A stretch of 64,000 nucleotides of DNA, from positions 61,358,301-61,422,300 of the forward strand of contig NC_057718.1 in NCBI RefSeq assembly GCF_004010195.1, written 5' to 3'. Source of the DNA: Chiloscyllium plagiosum. Taxonomy: Eukaryota. The notes under the pieces are model-generated. The model ran no database searches, had not been told where the DNA came from, and saw only the letters and a program-made list of their open reading frames with translations. Both the position numbers and the translations under genes were made by a program. How positions within the stretch are numbered: the stretch's first letter is position 1; every line of letters starts with the position of its first letter. This document shows, in pieces, positions 49,101 through 63,791 of the stretch.

Positions 49101-50562
49101 GGTAAAGTGGAGGTTTTGAAGGTTCTGGAGCTGAGGACAGTTAAATGTGAAACAATGAGGCCATGAAAGGATTTAAACACAAAAATTATAACTTTAAATT
49201 TGACGCATTATTGGACCGAAAATAATGCGGATCATGGTGCCCTGTATTGAAGAAAGGATGGGCTTGATGCAAATTAGGATGCAAACTTCTGACTTGGAAC
49301 TTTATCACTGTCCTTTCATTTTTTTCCTAGTCAGTATCCTGAAACTATCTTCCTATACATGTCCCTACACACTAAATACTGCAGCAGCTCATGAAGACAA
49401 CTCACCACCATCTACTTAGGGCATTTGGTGATAGGTATTAAATCCTGCCTAGTCAGAGGTAACCTTATCCCATGAACAAATACAAAACAAACAGGGTTTG
49501 ATGAGCCCAGTAGCATTCATGAATTATAGAAACAAAGGTGTTCCCAACAAGTGTGAAGAACTTCTGAACAAATGTGGAAGAAAGAAAAATGCCACAGTAT
49601 TGGAATGCTTGCCTACTAATACTTAATTGAAATAGAATTGTTTTTAATATCAATGCATAACATCCAACTATATAGAATTATCTTTTTTTAAATCATTAAT
49701 CCTAACAAGTATGTTTAAATATTTCTAAATAACATGCATAGAATATCTTTAAGTTAAAAAAGCAATCCTGCCTATTCTGACGTGGAACTTCAAGATGTAG
49801 ACACTATAGAAGAAATTAACAGTAGCCCAGTTGCCAGTGGATTAGCTGCTCTCTGGCATGTTCATGTAAATATATATCCAACGAAAGAAGGTGGTGATAA
49901 TTTTCTTTGTTGTATTATTGTCCACATCCATTAGCATTGTAAAACAATTTAACATGAAACTGCAATCCTACTTGTAACAAAACCCAAGTTAAAATGACTA
50001 AATAACACATTTTTATTGAAAAATAAATACTTGACAAGGTTGATCTAAATGACCTCATGACTCACAAAGCTGTTGATTAATCTTTTGAAAACTGCAGTCT
50101 TATTACTAAAATGACAATACAATAAGGTGGCAATTTTACAATTATGCCAAGAATTCTGAATAAATATCCTGTCAGTCTGCAGATACCTTTGATACCATGT
50201 TGTGATACACAAGTGTAAAAATTTGTACAGGGTCTCTATTTAAAGTAACTGTAGTTAATACCTTGAATTTTAAAACAAATTCTAGAGACGGGAAATATGT
50301 AAATCCTGTAGGCTTTTTGCTTGGCCTTCTGTGACTTAATATAATCTCAAACTTTATATTCTGATAGGATTGTTGGTCAGGATTTCTTAATAAAGAATGC
50401 TACAGTTTAGTAACTGTCCTTTTTAATTTCAGTATTCAGATTTATTTCAGTATCTTATGAGTTATTTCACTGATGTAATTTGAGGTTAACAAATCACTGA
50501 TTACAAAGTTAACAAATGTTTCACATCCCACCATGAGTATGCCCTTATACTAATCTGAAGTA

Positions 50563-50582
50563 TATATACACACACACACACA
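50563..50582. repeat. Short (TA)n(CA)n microsatellite
   Basis: TATATATACACACACACACACA. Confidence 0.8.
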
Positions 50583-52739
50583 TGTATACAGAAAAAAAAC
50601 ATTGTGCTCTGAAATCTGCTAACATGCATGTGCTATTCTTTAAGAATAGAGGATTATGTACAGCTGGGTGCTTTTATTCATAAAGATGTTTGCTCTTTCC
50701 AGTTTCAAAACATTGTAACCTTCCACAGATATTTCCAAATTAACACACCCAATTTGTCTGAAAAGATTAATTATTTTAATTGTGTTGGACTAAATTGTCA
50801 GCCCATAAAGTTATAAACAGATTGTAGAGATAGTACAAATATACAAAAGACGATTATATAAATGACACAAAACTGTGAGATAAACAAGTCGTTTAGTCTG
50901 TACTAGCATTATGCATAGAGGATTAAGGCAGAGTAAGCCTAAGGTTTAGCATCTATTAAAGCACAACAGTTTGCTAACTTTGTCTCCTTCTACCCACTCA
51001 ATTCTGTTATATTCCTGTAGAGCGTGAATTGTCTTGTATTTTGTGTATATTTAGAGAAAGGTTGGAATCAAGATGCTAGTAACAAGATGGAACTACAAAC
51101 TAATAATCTCCCTTACAATGACCTTACTCAGTATGGTTGCAGAATCCTTTCTCTCCTGATTCTGTCAAAATCTAGGGATTCAAAGTATCCCAGCTTCCAT
51201 AATATGTATTTCAAGCACGTGCAACACCAAATTGACAATGCTAAATGTGCTAATGTATTCTCCTATAAGTATGTGATACAGCTTTACTTTGACTGCATTA
51301 AATATATGGATGTCTTCCCTTTTTGTTAAGTATACTCTTAAATTTTGCCACCTTATCTAGTATTTTCCCTTATTCAGGCTGAACATTTTAGAGTTTTCAT
51401 TTGCATGGTTTCCATTTTTGAACTGCTATTTCAGTATGTTCTGCTGTTAATAACATATTTACCTTTAATTTTGATTTGCCTGTAATAGTCTATTAAGAAT
51501 GCATTGATGTTTTTCCATCTTTTATGCATCAAAAAAAACAGGTGGAATTTGATATACAAATCCTGTCAAGTAACTCAAAAGATTGTCAGATGAAGAAAGC
51601 TGAACTAATTACAATAATAATTGATAATAATGTTAATAGCTCTTCAGGATAAACCACAATGATATGAGATATGAAAATCTCTTGAGGACCCTGATTTTAC
51701 AGAAATAAAATGTTATTTCGTTCCCATCATATTGTGATTCCATTGTACTTGGAATTGCTGAATGATGTTGTGTAACAAAGTACAATATTTACACCTTAGG
51801 TTACTTAAGAGCAAACTAACCTACCTGTTATAACCTACCTCCAGAACTGCTGAGACTTGAATCTATGCCTCCTGGTTTGAGGGGAGGGACACTACCATTT
51901 GACCATAGGTACCCTCAAATGATTGGAAGTTGATACCTTTTGGAACAGTGGCAATGTCCCTACCTCTGGACTAAAAGGTTTGGTCTCAAGTACCTACTAG
52001 CTCAAAACATGCTTGAACAGGTTGATTAAAGATACTTAGAATTGGCAGCATATATCAGCCAAATCAGATAATGATCATAAACTGCCTAACTTCAAGGATA
52101 TTACCAAGCCAGTTTTTTTTAAAGATGATCTAAAAGCTTTACTTTACATTTCTTGATACCAGACAAAAGACTTCCAGATTTACTGAATTCAATTCTGTGA
52201 ATCAGCTTTAATCTCAGAGTTACTAGTTCACTACCTTAGATCCTTGTTTATTGTACCAACTTTTGATTTATCAAGGTTGTATTGGGCTAAATTTGGCACA
52301 CAGAAAGCTGAGCAGATCTCAGGTTAGTGGGTACTATAAGAGCGCTTTAATATGCCTGGAGTTGTGCCTGACACAAAGGAAGGTGGCTGTAGCTGTTGGT
52401 AACCCATCAAAGCTCCAGAACATGTTCATTAGAGAAAAGGTCCATAGCCAGAGCTTCCACTAACCTGTGCATGTATATGGCTGTGCAGAAATCTCAAAGG
52501 CACTGAACAGACCTCGTTTGAATCAAACACTACTTGCGTGCAGGTAGCTGTACAAAAACGACTTCATGGACTGCAACAAACAACAAAATTTTACAAGGAA
52601 TATCATCCATAGGCCAAACATTTTTAATTCCTTCATCGTGAACTTCCCACCATAATTCGATCAGCAATGGAGCTGGTCACAAACCAAAGTATTCTTGACG
52701 TTATTCAACATTGTGTTTGTGTCTTAACATTATTTGCCG

Positions 52740-53060
52740 ATCAACTCTGTGCTCGCTGCCTGCATCAGCTCCCAGCCAACAAAAACCTTGGTCTTAAAGT
52801 TCTCAACATTGAGTTCAAATGTTTTTGTAGATTTGCCACTCCCTAATCCAGTCATGTCGTTCCACTCCAAAACCCTCTGAAATAGCTGCAATTTTCACCT
52901 CTTGACTGTCCATGATTTTAATCATTCCATCCCTGTTGGTCATACATTTAGTTTCTTCTACTCTAACCTCTGGAAATTCCCCCTTCAACCTCTCCTGCAT
53001 CTTTGACAATTCTTTTTGTAACTCAGCTTTCAAATGGCCCATGGAATATCTTAAAGATGC
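52740..53060 (+). mobile_element. Old L2-like 3' fragment
   Basis: CCTTGGTCTTAAAGTTCTC ... CTCTGGAAATTCCCCC (LWNSLP-like) pattern. Confidence 0.45.
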
Positions 53061-55801
53061 CATGAGAACATTTGTTGGTGGTCATATCAATTCACAACCT
53101 CTTCAAAAGTTATCCATGTGACTCCAGCAAAATGGATGATCTGAAAAATATTCACATTAAGACTGACTGGTATTTACAGCACAGAAATCTGAATGAATCA
53201 CTATTTTTACAAGAGAGTCCCTCAGAATCTTCCCTGTCTTTCAACAGCAGGGCAACCACTATGTCTTTGAACAGAAATCAGAAGTCTAACTGAGCCAGTC
53301 ATTTCAATACCATAACCTTGGTTTTCACCATGACAGACCCTGGAAAACATGGAAGATAACATGGTACAAAAGCCCTGTCCCCAAAAACAGCATGCTCCAA
53401 TTTCATGGGGTAAAAATAGCTTGAGTTTGAATTTGAGCATGCAGAGTTCAGAGAGGCAGTTGTCCATTTAAATCATTGGCTGCCTCTCCTCCAATTAGAT
53501 TTTAGCAGCCTAACTCAAACATGAAGGTCGAGGTCCATGGTTCCAAGAGTGTTTGCATTCTTATCCACACACAATCACAGATTTGAATCAACTTATTTTT
53601 CTCTCCTTCAAAATTATCCAAATGAGGAAATTTCCACCCGCCTTGTCTAGAGTCAAGCCATTATATTTGGATGTGTTAAATTCAAATACTGAAGAATGAA
53701 CTGTTTTTTTATATTCCTAATACAATGTCTGATACCATCCCTATAAACTATTCACCACCATGCTGCCATACTGTTGGACAGAGAACATGATCACCATCTA
53801 TTTCTTCAATGGCTTGGGGGTTCATATCTATCACAGAGAGGCATTTCTATCAATGTAGCAAAAAAAGTAAGTAGAAATTTCCTTCAAGGCAGAAATGAGG
53901 AATTTTTGGTAAGTTCTTTTGTTTGCATGAATCTACTGCTGAAGATACTTACTGCTCATTGTTTTCAGTTCTCACTTTGTTCACGAATTCGTGGATCATA
54001 CAGTATCAATGTAAGCAGTAAGTAGTAATTTATTTTCATACATATTGCAATCTTATCACCAAAGGGTGACAGGTCATCAGAAGGATACCTAAAGTTGTGT
54101 TCAAAAGCATGTAAAGATTTCAATGGAACGTGGAGTTCTTGTGGTACAATGAACCATCCATGCCTTGTATCTAGATTCAATCCCACCTCCTCTAGAGATA
54201 TGTTATAACATGTCTGCACAGGTTGAAATAGGAATATCTCCAATGTGACACATGTTAACACTGGGTAATTTCAGTTATTATGCATTTTCTTTCACCTAGA
54301 TAGTACTACATGCTAAAAGGATTGTCCTATGCAAAATGCTTATTTCACTTTTCAAAAATGCTATGAAATTTAAAAGTGTTGCTCATTTATCTGGCAAGTT
54401 ATGTCGGGAAGAATGATTGCAATCTTCATGTTACTGTTGTGTTCAATAAGTTCCTAAAGGAAATTTTAAAATGCATAGATTGATTCAACAATGCTAAGAG
54501 ATTGTTGATAAAATGAAATTTTTAAAATGGAGAATTAAAAATAATCCTACCTAAATCAGATTGGCTTTTGAAACTGTTACCTTAAAATAAATCAAGAGAA
54601 ACTGCTAATAATATTATAAAACATGCAAAGAAAAAAATTCCACAAACACTTCAATGCATATTTTGTAGCAGTACATCAGTCTGTTAATAATGTCAGAAAG
54701 GAACATATTACTCAAGCAGTAACACTCGAACACTGATGTTTCACGGCTGGAATATGTGAACAGAACAGGAATAATTTGCTGTCAGAGCCAAGTCAACAGT
54801 GTATGAAAATAACCTGCAGGTTGTTAATGAAAAATGTACAGGCTGGAACTGAGGATGACACAGAAACTTGAAGAATTCATGAAAAAGAAACCTTTTCATT
54901 AAAATGTGGAATGCTGCAAGCCTTTCGATGTCAGGCTGTCAATCATTCATTCCCCCTCCCCTTTCTTAAATGTAATATGTTGTAGCACTGTAGATTTATG
55001 CACAGTGAACAATAAATACTAAATCACACCTCCAGAAAATGTTGAATTATTATATTTTCTTATTCATGCAGTTCAAACGCTTCCATAAAATGGACATTAA
55101 CTCAAATCTCTTTCCCTCACCTAACTCCACCCCATCCCTATTCTGAAGTGAATTATATCCATTACTGTGTGTTCAGGACTGCCGCCAGAATATCTTTGCT
55201 ACAGTCTTAAAGACAATTGTTCGGACTATCCTTGGGACTTTTTATGCTCCTCCAATGGAAATTTCAGCAGAGTTTCAGCAAAATCGCCATTTGCAAATGT
55301 AATAAATTGTCTGGCTGAGAGTGCATGAACCTTCAAGACAAACCCAAAAAAAGGCCAAAAAATTCCAATGGTTTAGTAGAGCACAAATATGATTGATAAA
55401 TGTCTGTAAAACTGACATTTGGGGATTAAGTAGGCTGTGAAGACTTTTACACCCTCAAATTTTGCAGGGAAAGAGTGTGGGTGGAGATGCAGCATTAGAG
55501 CTGAATTATGCCATTGTTCAAATCCAAATCACATCCCAATAACTATGATTTAAGGCTTCTGGTACATTGTGGTTAAGATGTCAATTAGCCTCAGTACTGC
55601 ACACTCCTCTCATGATCTTTCATTTCAGCCTCATTATTATTCAAACACTTTTATTATGTGAAAACTGTGAACCTGGTGTCTCAGATATTGACCATTGATG
55701 CTGCTGGTCATGACCATTTGGAACATCTCTGGTGCTAAAATCTGCAGAAGCGACATTGTAACCAAAATGTTTAGACAATGCAGAAAAACAAATCTTATAT
55801 A

Positions 55802-56095
55802 ATAGAACATAGAACAATACAGCGCAGAACAGGCCCTTCGGCCCTCAATGTTGCGCCGACCTGTGAACTATTCTTAGCTCGTCTCCCTACACTATCCCAT
55901 CATCATCCATGTGCTTATCCAAGGATTGTTTAAATCTCCTTAATGTAGCTAAGTTAACTATATTGGCAGGTAGGGCATTCCATGCCCTTACCACTCTGAG
56001 TAAAGGACCTGCCTCTGACATCTGTCTTAAATCTATCAGCCCTCAATTTGTAGTTATGCTCCCTCATACAAGCTGACGTCATCATCCTCGGGATA
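55802..56095 (-). mobile_element. CR1 3' fragment
   Basis: ATAGAACATAGAACA tail, GAACAGGCCCTTCGGCCC; ORF 55954-56148 HNYKLRADRFKTDVRG. Confidence 0.9.
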
Positions 56096-56532
56096 ATATT
56101 TGTTAATCCCCAGAAAGGGGTGTCATGATCCTGCAGCACACTTTCCAACCATGGAGATCTCAGAATCTGGTAAATATTGCTGCCTCTATTCCATCAGGCA
56201 AGCCTTGAATGCCTCCAGAAAACAACAGCATCTTAGAGGAGATGACTTGTTTGTAGAATATAAATAGAACTTTCTAGGTTTGATGAGAAGACCTTTCAGA
56301 TGTTGTGGCAAAGGAGGGTCTTTGACTTTATTCTCACCACTGTCTCTGGGGCTACAAATGTGTTTGAATTTGATGTTCTGCTGACACAATGGGATCCTTC
56401 AGATTATTGATCTTTGATCAATTATTCCTTGGCCCAACAGTAACATTTTTTGAGCCTCTATTTGGGAATGTACTTGATCCTCCCATTATTCTTCCCCTGG
56501 CTTGCTTTATGAAATCCCCACTTTCTCTCCAC

Positions 56533-57280
56533 TTAGACTCAGTCATAGAAATGTACAGCACGGAAACAGACCCTTTCGTCCAACTTGTCCATGCCGACCA
56601 GATATCCCAACCTAGTCTAGTCCCATTTTCCAGCACTTGCCCCATATCCCTTTAAACCCTTCCTATTCATACACCCATTCAGATGCCTTTTAAATGTTGC
56701 AATCATTCTAGACATCACCACTTCATCTGGCAGCTCATTCCATACATACACCACTCTCTCCATGCCCTTTTATATCTTTCCCCTCTCATCCTAAACCTAT
56801 GCCCTTTAGTTCTGGACTCCCCAACCTGAGGGAAAAGACTTTGTCTATTTATCCTATTCATGCCCCTCAATTTTATAACCTCTATGAGGTCACCCCTCAG
56901 ACTTCGACGGTCAGGGAAAACAGCCCCAGCGTATTCACCCTCTCCCTATAGCTCAAATTCTCCAACCCTGGCAACATCCTTGTAAATTTTTTCTGAACCC
57001 TTTCAAGTTTCACAACATCCTTCCAAAAGGATGGAGACCAGAATTGCATGCAATATTCCAAAAGTGGCCTAAACAACATCCTGTACAGCCGCAACATGAC
57101 CTCTCAACTCCTATACATAGTGCTCCTAATAAAGGAGAGCATACCAAACGCCTTCTTCACGATCCTATCTACTTGCGACTCCACTTTCAAGGAGCTATGA
57201 ACCGGCACTCCAAGGTCTCTTTGTTCAGCAGCACTCCCCAGGACCTTAACAATAAGTGTAGAAGTCCTGCTAAGATTTTC
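56533..57280 (-). mobile_element. 5'-truncated CR1/HER1-like LINE
   Basis: ORF 56897-57097 LYRMLFRPLLEYCMQFWSP; inverted match to 11404-12099. Confidence 0.95.
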
Positions 57281-58739
57281 TGAATTTAAAAGTTGACTGT
57301 GGTATTTTCCCAGGTGACCACTCCTACTACCTTATGATATTTTCAATGTCTACCAGTATGTAATATTTGATAAGCGGTAATTGAGATAGTTTACTGACAA
57401 TACATATCCTTTTCCTTTATCACAGACAAGAAAGAAGAATTTTTATTTTACTATTCTCCTCTTCTGACCCTAACAAAGATTGTTTTTAATTTCAATTACC
57501 TTGTGCTTCACCAAACCATTTGAGATGCCCCATTAAAAATGACCTACAGTAGATTATTTCAAAATAAATTGAAGTAGAGTTTATTATTGCAGTCAAATTC
57601 TGGTGCAGTGGGCATTGACAACATATATTAATGCACACATGCATTTAAAATGCAAAAGAAAAGGCAAGAATTTCCATATTACAATTCACTTAAAATCAAA
57701 AATATTGGAATTAAATCACATGACTTAGAGAGTCCTATTTGTCCAGTAGAGGTTCTTTCAGTTCCCTTTGCACTGAAATCCTTTTTTGCAGAAGAGATGC
57801 CATTGAATTGCTAGTGAAAGTGCAGTAGTTGTTAGCTGAAAATTGGTTTACTTTGCAAGCAAAGTCCTTTCTAGAACACAGACATTTTAGAGAGATTGAG
57901 ATCAGAAGGGGGTGTTAACCAAACCTGGAGCTGCTTACTCTTCTCATGTTCATAGCAAACACAGGAAAGAAATTTTTTAAAATGTACAATTATAAGTAAT
58001 TCAAATAAACCAATGGTTTCAGTTATGTGACTGGGACTTCCATTCAGCTAACAAACTGTTTTTTGATTTTGTGATCAAAGCATAAAATATTTTTGTTTTG
58101 GCTGGTAACTGTGGAGTTGTTAGTAGTAAGGCAAGCAATAACAAATCTTGATGGTCACTTTTTTTTAGAACTGGCTGATATAGACATCTTGTCTGCTATG
58201 CCTTTGTAATGAAAGAGAGAGCTTTAACTTCAACAGAACTTTATTATTGTGGTTCAGAAGCCATTTTAAGCCTACAATCTTTAATCTTCTTAAACATCAG
58301 TCATAACTAGCTGATAACATTATCTGGACATGTCTGCAGTCTCCCTTTAAATGTTCTAATCAGAAGTAACAATAAGCTAATATCTGTACTAGAGGAAATA
58401 AGGTTAATATGACAATTAACAGAACACGAAAGAATAAGCCAGTGTAAGATATTCTTATAAAATTATGGAACATTCTTATAATGCAAGCGTTTCACATTCT
58501 AGCAGGAAATTAGTTTACTTTTGTCCTGGTAAATGTTGGAAATTTGCAGAAGCAGCCAGTGTGCTCATCCTGTGTTTAATACCAGCCATTTTAAAATCCA
58601 GCAAGAATTCATTTTTAAAAATGTAATTTAGCTTCTAACCTGCCACCCAGCTTTAAGTAATTATAAGCTTTGTCCTTAAGTTTGATAGTATCTTTAACTT
58701 TTTTAGTTAATCACAGATGGAAGTTCACCCTTTGGAATT

Positions 58740-59480
58740 TTTGTTCCTCATTGGAAAGTATTCATTCTGTGTATTCAAAATATCCACTTCAACTGAATCT
58801 CTATTAACCTATCACTTAACCTAATTTGCCAATTTAATTTAGCTAGATCTGCTTCAATGCCTACTTAATTGCCCTTATTTAAGTTTAAAATATGAGTTTT
58901 GGATCCATACCTCACTTCCTCAAACTCAATGAATTGCTCAATCATGTTATGGTTGCTATTATCTGGAGGTGCCTTCAAAGCAAGGTGGTTAATTAATCCT
59001 ATCTCATTCTACAGTACCCGGTCTACTTTAGCCTGTTCACTGGTTAGCTCTAGAATGTGCTGTTCTTAGAAAATATACTGAGAATGTTTTATGAACTTCT
59101 CATCGAGCAAACATTGACAAATCTGATTTTTCCAGTTTATGTACATTAAAATCCATTATCATTTTACCTTAGTGACAATCTCCCACAATTTCTTACGTTA
59201 TACTGCATTCAGCCATGTCTTTCCTCTTAGAGGGTCTGCTCAAACCTTCTTACTTTTATCATTTCTCATCTCGACAAACCACTTCTACATTCTGGCTTCC
59301 TAAACTCAGGTCATCCCTCTCTATTTTGCTAATATCATAACTAATTTATTAAAGCTACCTCTCCAACATTTTCTAGCTTTCTGTACTTCCTAAGTGTCAC
59401 ATACCATTTAATATTCAGGTCCAAATCTATGTCATCCTGTCTGTCTCTGCAAAGACTGTCAGATCTCTAATTTATTTCTA
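58740..59480 (-). mobile_element. Very old CR1 endonuclease-region remnant
   Basis: Reverse complement resembles LDLVL.N and SDH motifs (ATCATGTTATGGTTGCTA; AGTACCCGGTCTAC). Confidence 0.5.
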
Positions 59481-60764
59481 TTTGTGTTCAGTTCATCTGT
59501 TTTATCTCTAGATATTAGCTATGCTCACTGTCTCACACTTTTTGTAAATTATTTTCTCTGCAGGATTCTGAATTCGGACATCAAGCTCAAATGCGAATCA
59601 GAAGCCTGCACTGTATTGGTGACAGTCATTCCTTATGATTTTCCTGGAGAGGGCTCAATTCCAATAGGTCATGATGGTGAGGAGTGGGCCTCTTGGAGTC
59701 GAAGAGCCTGTGAGAGGATATCCAGCAAGTAATTGAGAGAAAGGGCACATCAGAATGGAGATACCTTCAACAATTTATTAAAGTTTACATTAAAAAGAAA
59801 TACATTCCTAGTTGAGTTAGTGCCATCAGAGCGGAGATGTGGGAAACTGCTCTACGATGGAGGCCTGATGCTTCTGTTGCACCCTGGTAGTCAGGGAGGT
59901 TGTTTAAAGTTACCTGCAGTGCTGGTTTCCTGGTCTGCCATGACAGTGTGGCCTCCAGACTGTTGCTTTAGCATCCTTTGCCTCCACAAACCTGGAGGCT
60001 GATTGAAAAACCACAACTGACCTTCGTTATCAGGCCTTAAAGATCTATTATATTTTCATTGACCATTTGTTGCATGTGAATGGGGAGCCCTGCTGTCTTC
60101 TAATCCACTTCCATGCAAAATGGCTTGGAGGTAGCTTGGAGCCTATGGATGGACAATGAGCTGCTGACATGCTTTCCATTGTCTATTCACTCCATACCCA
60201 CTGTTTATTTTCTAAAATACCGGAACAGCACCTCATCGTACCAAATTCTGGAACTTTTCAACATTCCCGCATTTATTAATCTGGAGAAGCAGTATAAAGA
60301 TTAAAGTCACCTGCAGTTATAATAGTATTTTCCTTGTAAACCCCACCTTTTTCTTGTTTCGTACTTGGTGATATTATGTAGTTACAGTTAGGGGATCTAT
60401 AGGTTACTTCTTTTCTTTGCTATTTCTTATCTCCATCCAAACTGACTTTACATTTGAAGCTAAGCCATTTCTCTCTACTGTACTAATCTCATCTTTAATA
60501 GAACTACTCCATCTTCTTTTTCCACTTGCCTTTCCTTCTGAATTAGCCATGATAGATCAGTTCCTAGCCTTGGTCACCTTGCAACCACATCATTATATTG
60601 GCTGTAATATCAGGCTTTTTTGAATACATTTGCACCATTATGTTGTCAATCAAATTTTAGAGGAAGAATCAAATTGAACAACCATTGGCTCGGGAATTCA
60701 AAATATTCTCTGCCAAATGGTATCCACTTTAATGTTACAGTGGTGTTGTTCATATTGTCACTTC

Positions 60765-61110
60765 ATAGCATTCCTACAGTGTGGAAACAGGCCATTTGGC
60801 CCAACAAGTCCACACTGACCCTCCGAAGAGTAACCCACCCAGACCCATTCCCTTACTGTATTACTGTACATTTCTCCTGAATAACACACCTAACTTACAC
60901 ATCCATGAACACTATGAGCAATTTAGCTTGGCCAATTTAGTTAACCTACACTTCTTGGACTGTGGGAGGAAACCAGAGCACCCAGAGGAAATCCACACAG
61001 ACATGGAGAGAATGTGCAAACTCCACACGGACAGTCGCTCGAGGCTGGAATCAAACCCAAGTCCCTGGTACTGTGAGGCAGCAGTGCTAACCATTGAGCC
61101 ACAGTGCCAC
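60765..61110 (-). mobile_element. HE1-like SINE
   Basis: GGACTGTGGGAGGAAACCAGAGCACCC...GAGGCAGCAGTGCTAACCA. Confidence 0.9.
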
Positions 61111-61139
61111 ATTGTGCACATAACAATGCTACTAGACCT

Positions 61140-61278
61140 CAGTCCTGGAGAACAGTCACTGAACTCAAAATGTTAAGTTTGCTTTCTCTCCACAGATGCT
61201 GCCAGACCTGCTGAGCTTCTCCAGCAATTTTTGTTTTTGTTTGAGACCTTCAGCATCCATGCTTTTTTGTTTTATTTT
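61140..61278 (+). mobile_element. Old PLE terminal fragment
   Basis: TTCTCTCCACAGATGCTGCCAGACCTGCTGAGCTTCTCCAGCA. Confidence 0.6.
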
Positions 61279-61409
61279 GTCAGAGATTATGTTTGGCGTG
61301 GACATTGGGGGAATTGAGCCAAGGGCTAGGCCACAGCCATGCTCCCTCCCTGGAGAAGGTGCTGACTAGCTTGTTCCAAGAAGGTAAGCTTTGATGATAA
61401 CCCTTAGTT

Positions 61410-62315
61410 GACCAATCTCATTTACGACACAAAGGTTGGAGGTGTCGTTGACAGTATAGAGGACTGTTGTAGGTTGCAGCGTGACAATGACAGAATGCAG
61501 AGATGGGCTGAGAGGTGGCAGATGGAGTTCAACCTGGATAAATGCGAAGTGATGCATTTTAGAAGGTCGAACTTGAAAGTTGAGTACAGGATTAAAGACA
61601 GGATTCTTGGCAGTGTGGAGGAACAGCAGGATCTTGGTGTGCAGGTACATAGATCTCTTAAAATTGCCACCCAGGTGGTCAGGGTTGTTAAGATAGCATA
61701 TGGTGTTTTGGCTTTCATTAACTGGGAGATTAAGTTTAAGAGCCGTGAGATCTTGTTGCAGCTCTATAAAACTTTGGTTAGGCCGCACTTGGAATACTGT
61801 GTCCAGTTCTGGTCGCCCTATTATAGGAAAGATGTGGAAGCTTTGGAGAGGGTTCAGAGAAGGTTTACCAGGATGCTACCTGGAATGGAGTGCTTATCTT
61901 ACGATTAGAGGTTGACTGAGCTCGGACCTTTTTCATTGGAAAAAAGGAGGAAGAGAGGGGACCTAATTGAGGTGTACAAGATAATGAGAGGCATAGATAG
62001 AGTTGATAGCCAGAAACTTTTTCCCAGGGTAGAGATTGTTAACACAAGGGGTCATAGTTTTAAGCTGTTTGGCGGAAAATATAATGAGGATGTTAGAGGC
62101 GGGTTCTTTACACAGAGAGTTGAGAGCATGGAATGCGTTGCCAGCAGCAGTTGTGAAGCGAGGTCATTGGGGATATTTAAGAGACTGCTGGACATGCATA
62201 TGGTCACAGAAATTTGAGGGATCGTACATTAGGTTTACCTTACATGAGGATCAATGGTCGGCACAACATCATGGGCTGAAGGGCCTGTTCTGTGCTGTAC
62301 TGTTCTATGTTCTAT
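61410..62315 (+). mobile_element. 5'-truncated CR1 LINE
   Basis: ORF 61408-61908 DTKVGGVVDS...WQMEFN..KCEVMHF...LYKTLVRPHLEYCVQFWSP; TTCTATGTTCTAT tail. Confidence 0.95.
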
Positions 62316-63699
62316 TATCTTTGGGGGCCTAAGACTGCCATAAAATGGACAGTTCAAAAGAAGAAAAATCACACCCCTTATCCTCCAAAGATGTTATTGA
62401 TTCACAGCAATCTGGTCTATCAAGCTGCCATGATCCCTTCTTTAAAGTCAAGACTATGACAGCGTATACAATGCAATTCCTGTTTATTTTACAGTAGCTA
62501 TCATATATAGTTTAAAGTTTAAAAGGATTTGAGAGAGTTGTGGCAGTTTTCAGTACTTAGTGAGTACCAAGGCAGCACTTCAGTGAAACAGTATATCGAA
62601 TGGATTTATTGACAGGAATAAACAGTGACATTGAGGAAACTTTAAAAATGCAGGTTAGTCCATCTAAGATCATGTTATCCGCAATTTCCTTTTACAGTGA
62701 TTTACCTTCATGTGCCATACTGTGATCGGTTATGTCTCTTGCCCTTTCCCCTCATAAAAGCAATTTGATGTTCTGTTTTTATTTTCAGAGGTGGAGGAGG
62801 GAAAATATGTCTCATTTATTTCCAAGTTGTCTCAGCCAAAGTTTAATATTAAATCAAAATTTAATTTAAAAAAAATTTGCCTGTACTCAGCTCACTTGTC
62901 TAACTTAAATACAGAATAGAATAATTTTGTGAACAGGTCACAGAAGGGTTCTTAAGCAGATAGGGTTAGAGTCTGTTTGTGACCAGCCAGAGCAGTCAGG
63001 CATAGAGGATCTTGCCAAAGGGACTCAAACAAGCATGAAGCTTTCATTAAAACCAACAGGAAGCGTCGGGCCTCAGATTACAAGGATTTGAACTGACCTT
63101 TTGAGCTGGCCGTGACTGGCAGAAGACCCAGACATCTGCACGCAGGACCTGGTAATGGCACAGACAGAGACGTCTTTTCACAGCAGCTTAAAGATTTTCC
63201 ATGAAGGAAAAATAAGCAGACACAGATAACCATAACCTCTCCTTGATCTTTTTTCCTGTTCATTCAAAGGCCTCTGACTGAACCCGATGTTCACCTTAAA
63301 GCTACAATTGTGTGGCCTGGCGTTTGAGTTTCATTTGTGTTTCAGACTATCATTTCTTCTTCTATTATTCTTGCACTGTTTGTGAATTTAAGGAAACAGA
63401 CTGCTAACATTACAAGTTACTTCAGCACTGAGTCCTTGCTGTTGTTTTATTTTTGCTGTGAATCAATTTTGAGATAAGTATGTGCTACCCAATGCTGAAA
63501 TGTTAGCCTTTATGTCATTGTTTAGGCAGTAATCTGCTTAGACTCATCCTGCTTTTAAATTAGCTGTTTGAATTTAAACTCATTGGATTACAAATAAGAG
63601 GGTTTGTTCTTTGTCAGTTCCATATTTTCCTATAGTTTAACAGGAGGGATTGGGTTGGAGTGCAGTTATCCATTGGATCTCTCTATAGCAGGTTGAAGG

Positions 63700-63791
63700 A
63701 TTCCTGATGAAGGGCTTTTTGCGTGAAATGTCGATTCTCCTGCTCCTCGGATGCTGCCTGACCTGCTGTGCCTTTCAGCACCACACACTCC
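63700..63791 (+). mobile_element. PLE terminal fragment with degenerate hammerhead core
   Basis: CTGATGA-A-GGGC(TTTTT)GCGT-GAAA-TGTC at 63704-63732 followed by the family terminus. Confidence 0.75.

Noticed and set aside
52815..53063. Coiled-coil-looking 82-aa ORF
   Set aside because: Antisense to a probable L2 3' remnant; no splice or homology support
59564..59730. Candidate exon after TTTTCTCTGCAG
   Set aside because: Good acceptor but ambiguous donor and no recognisable peptide; lies between decayed repeats
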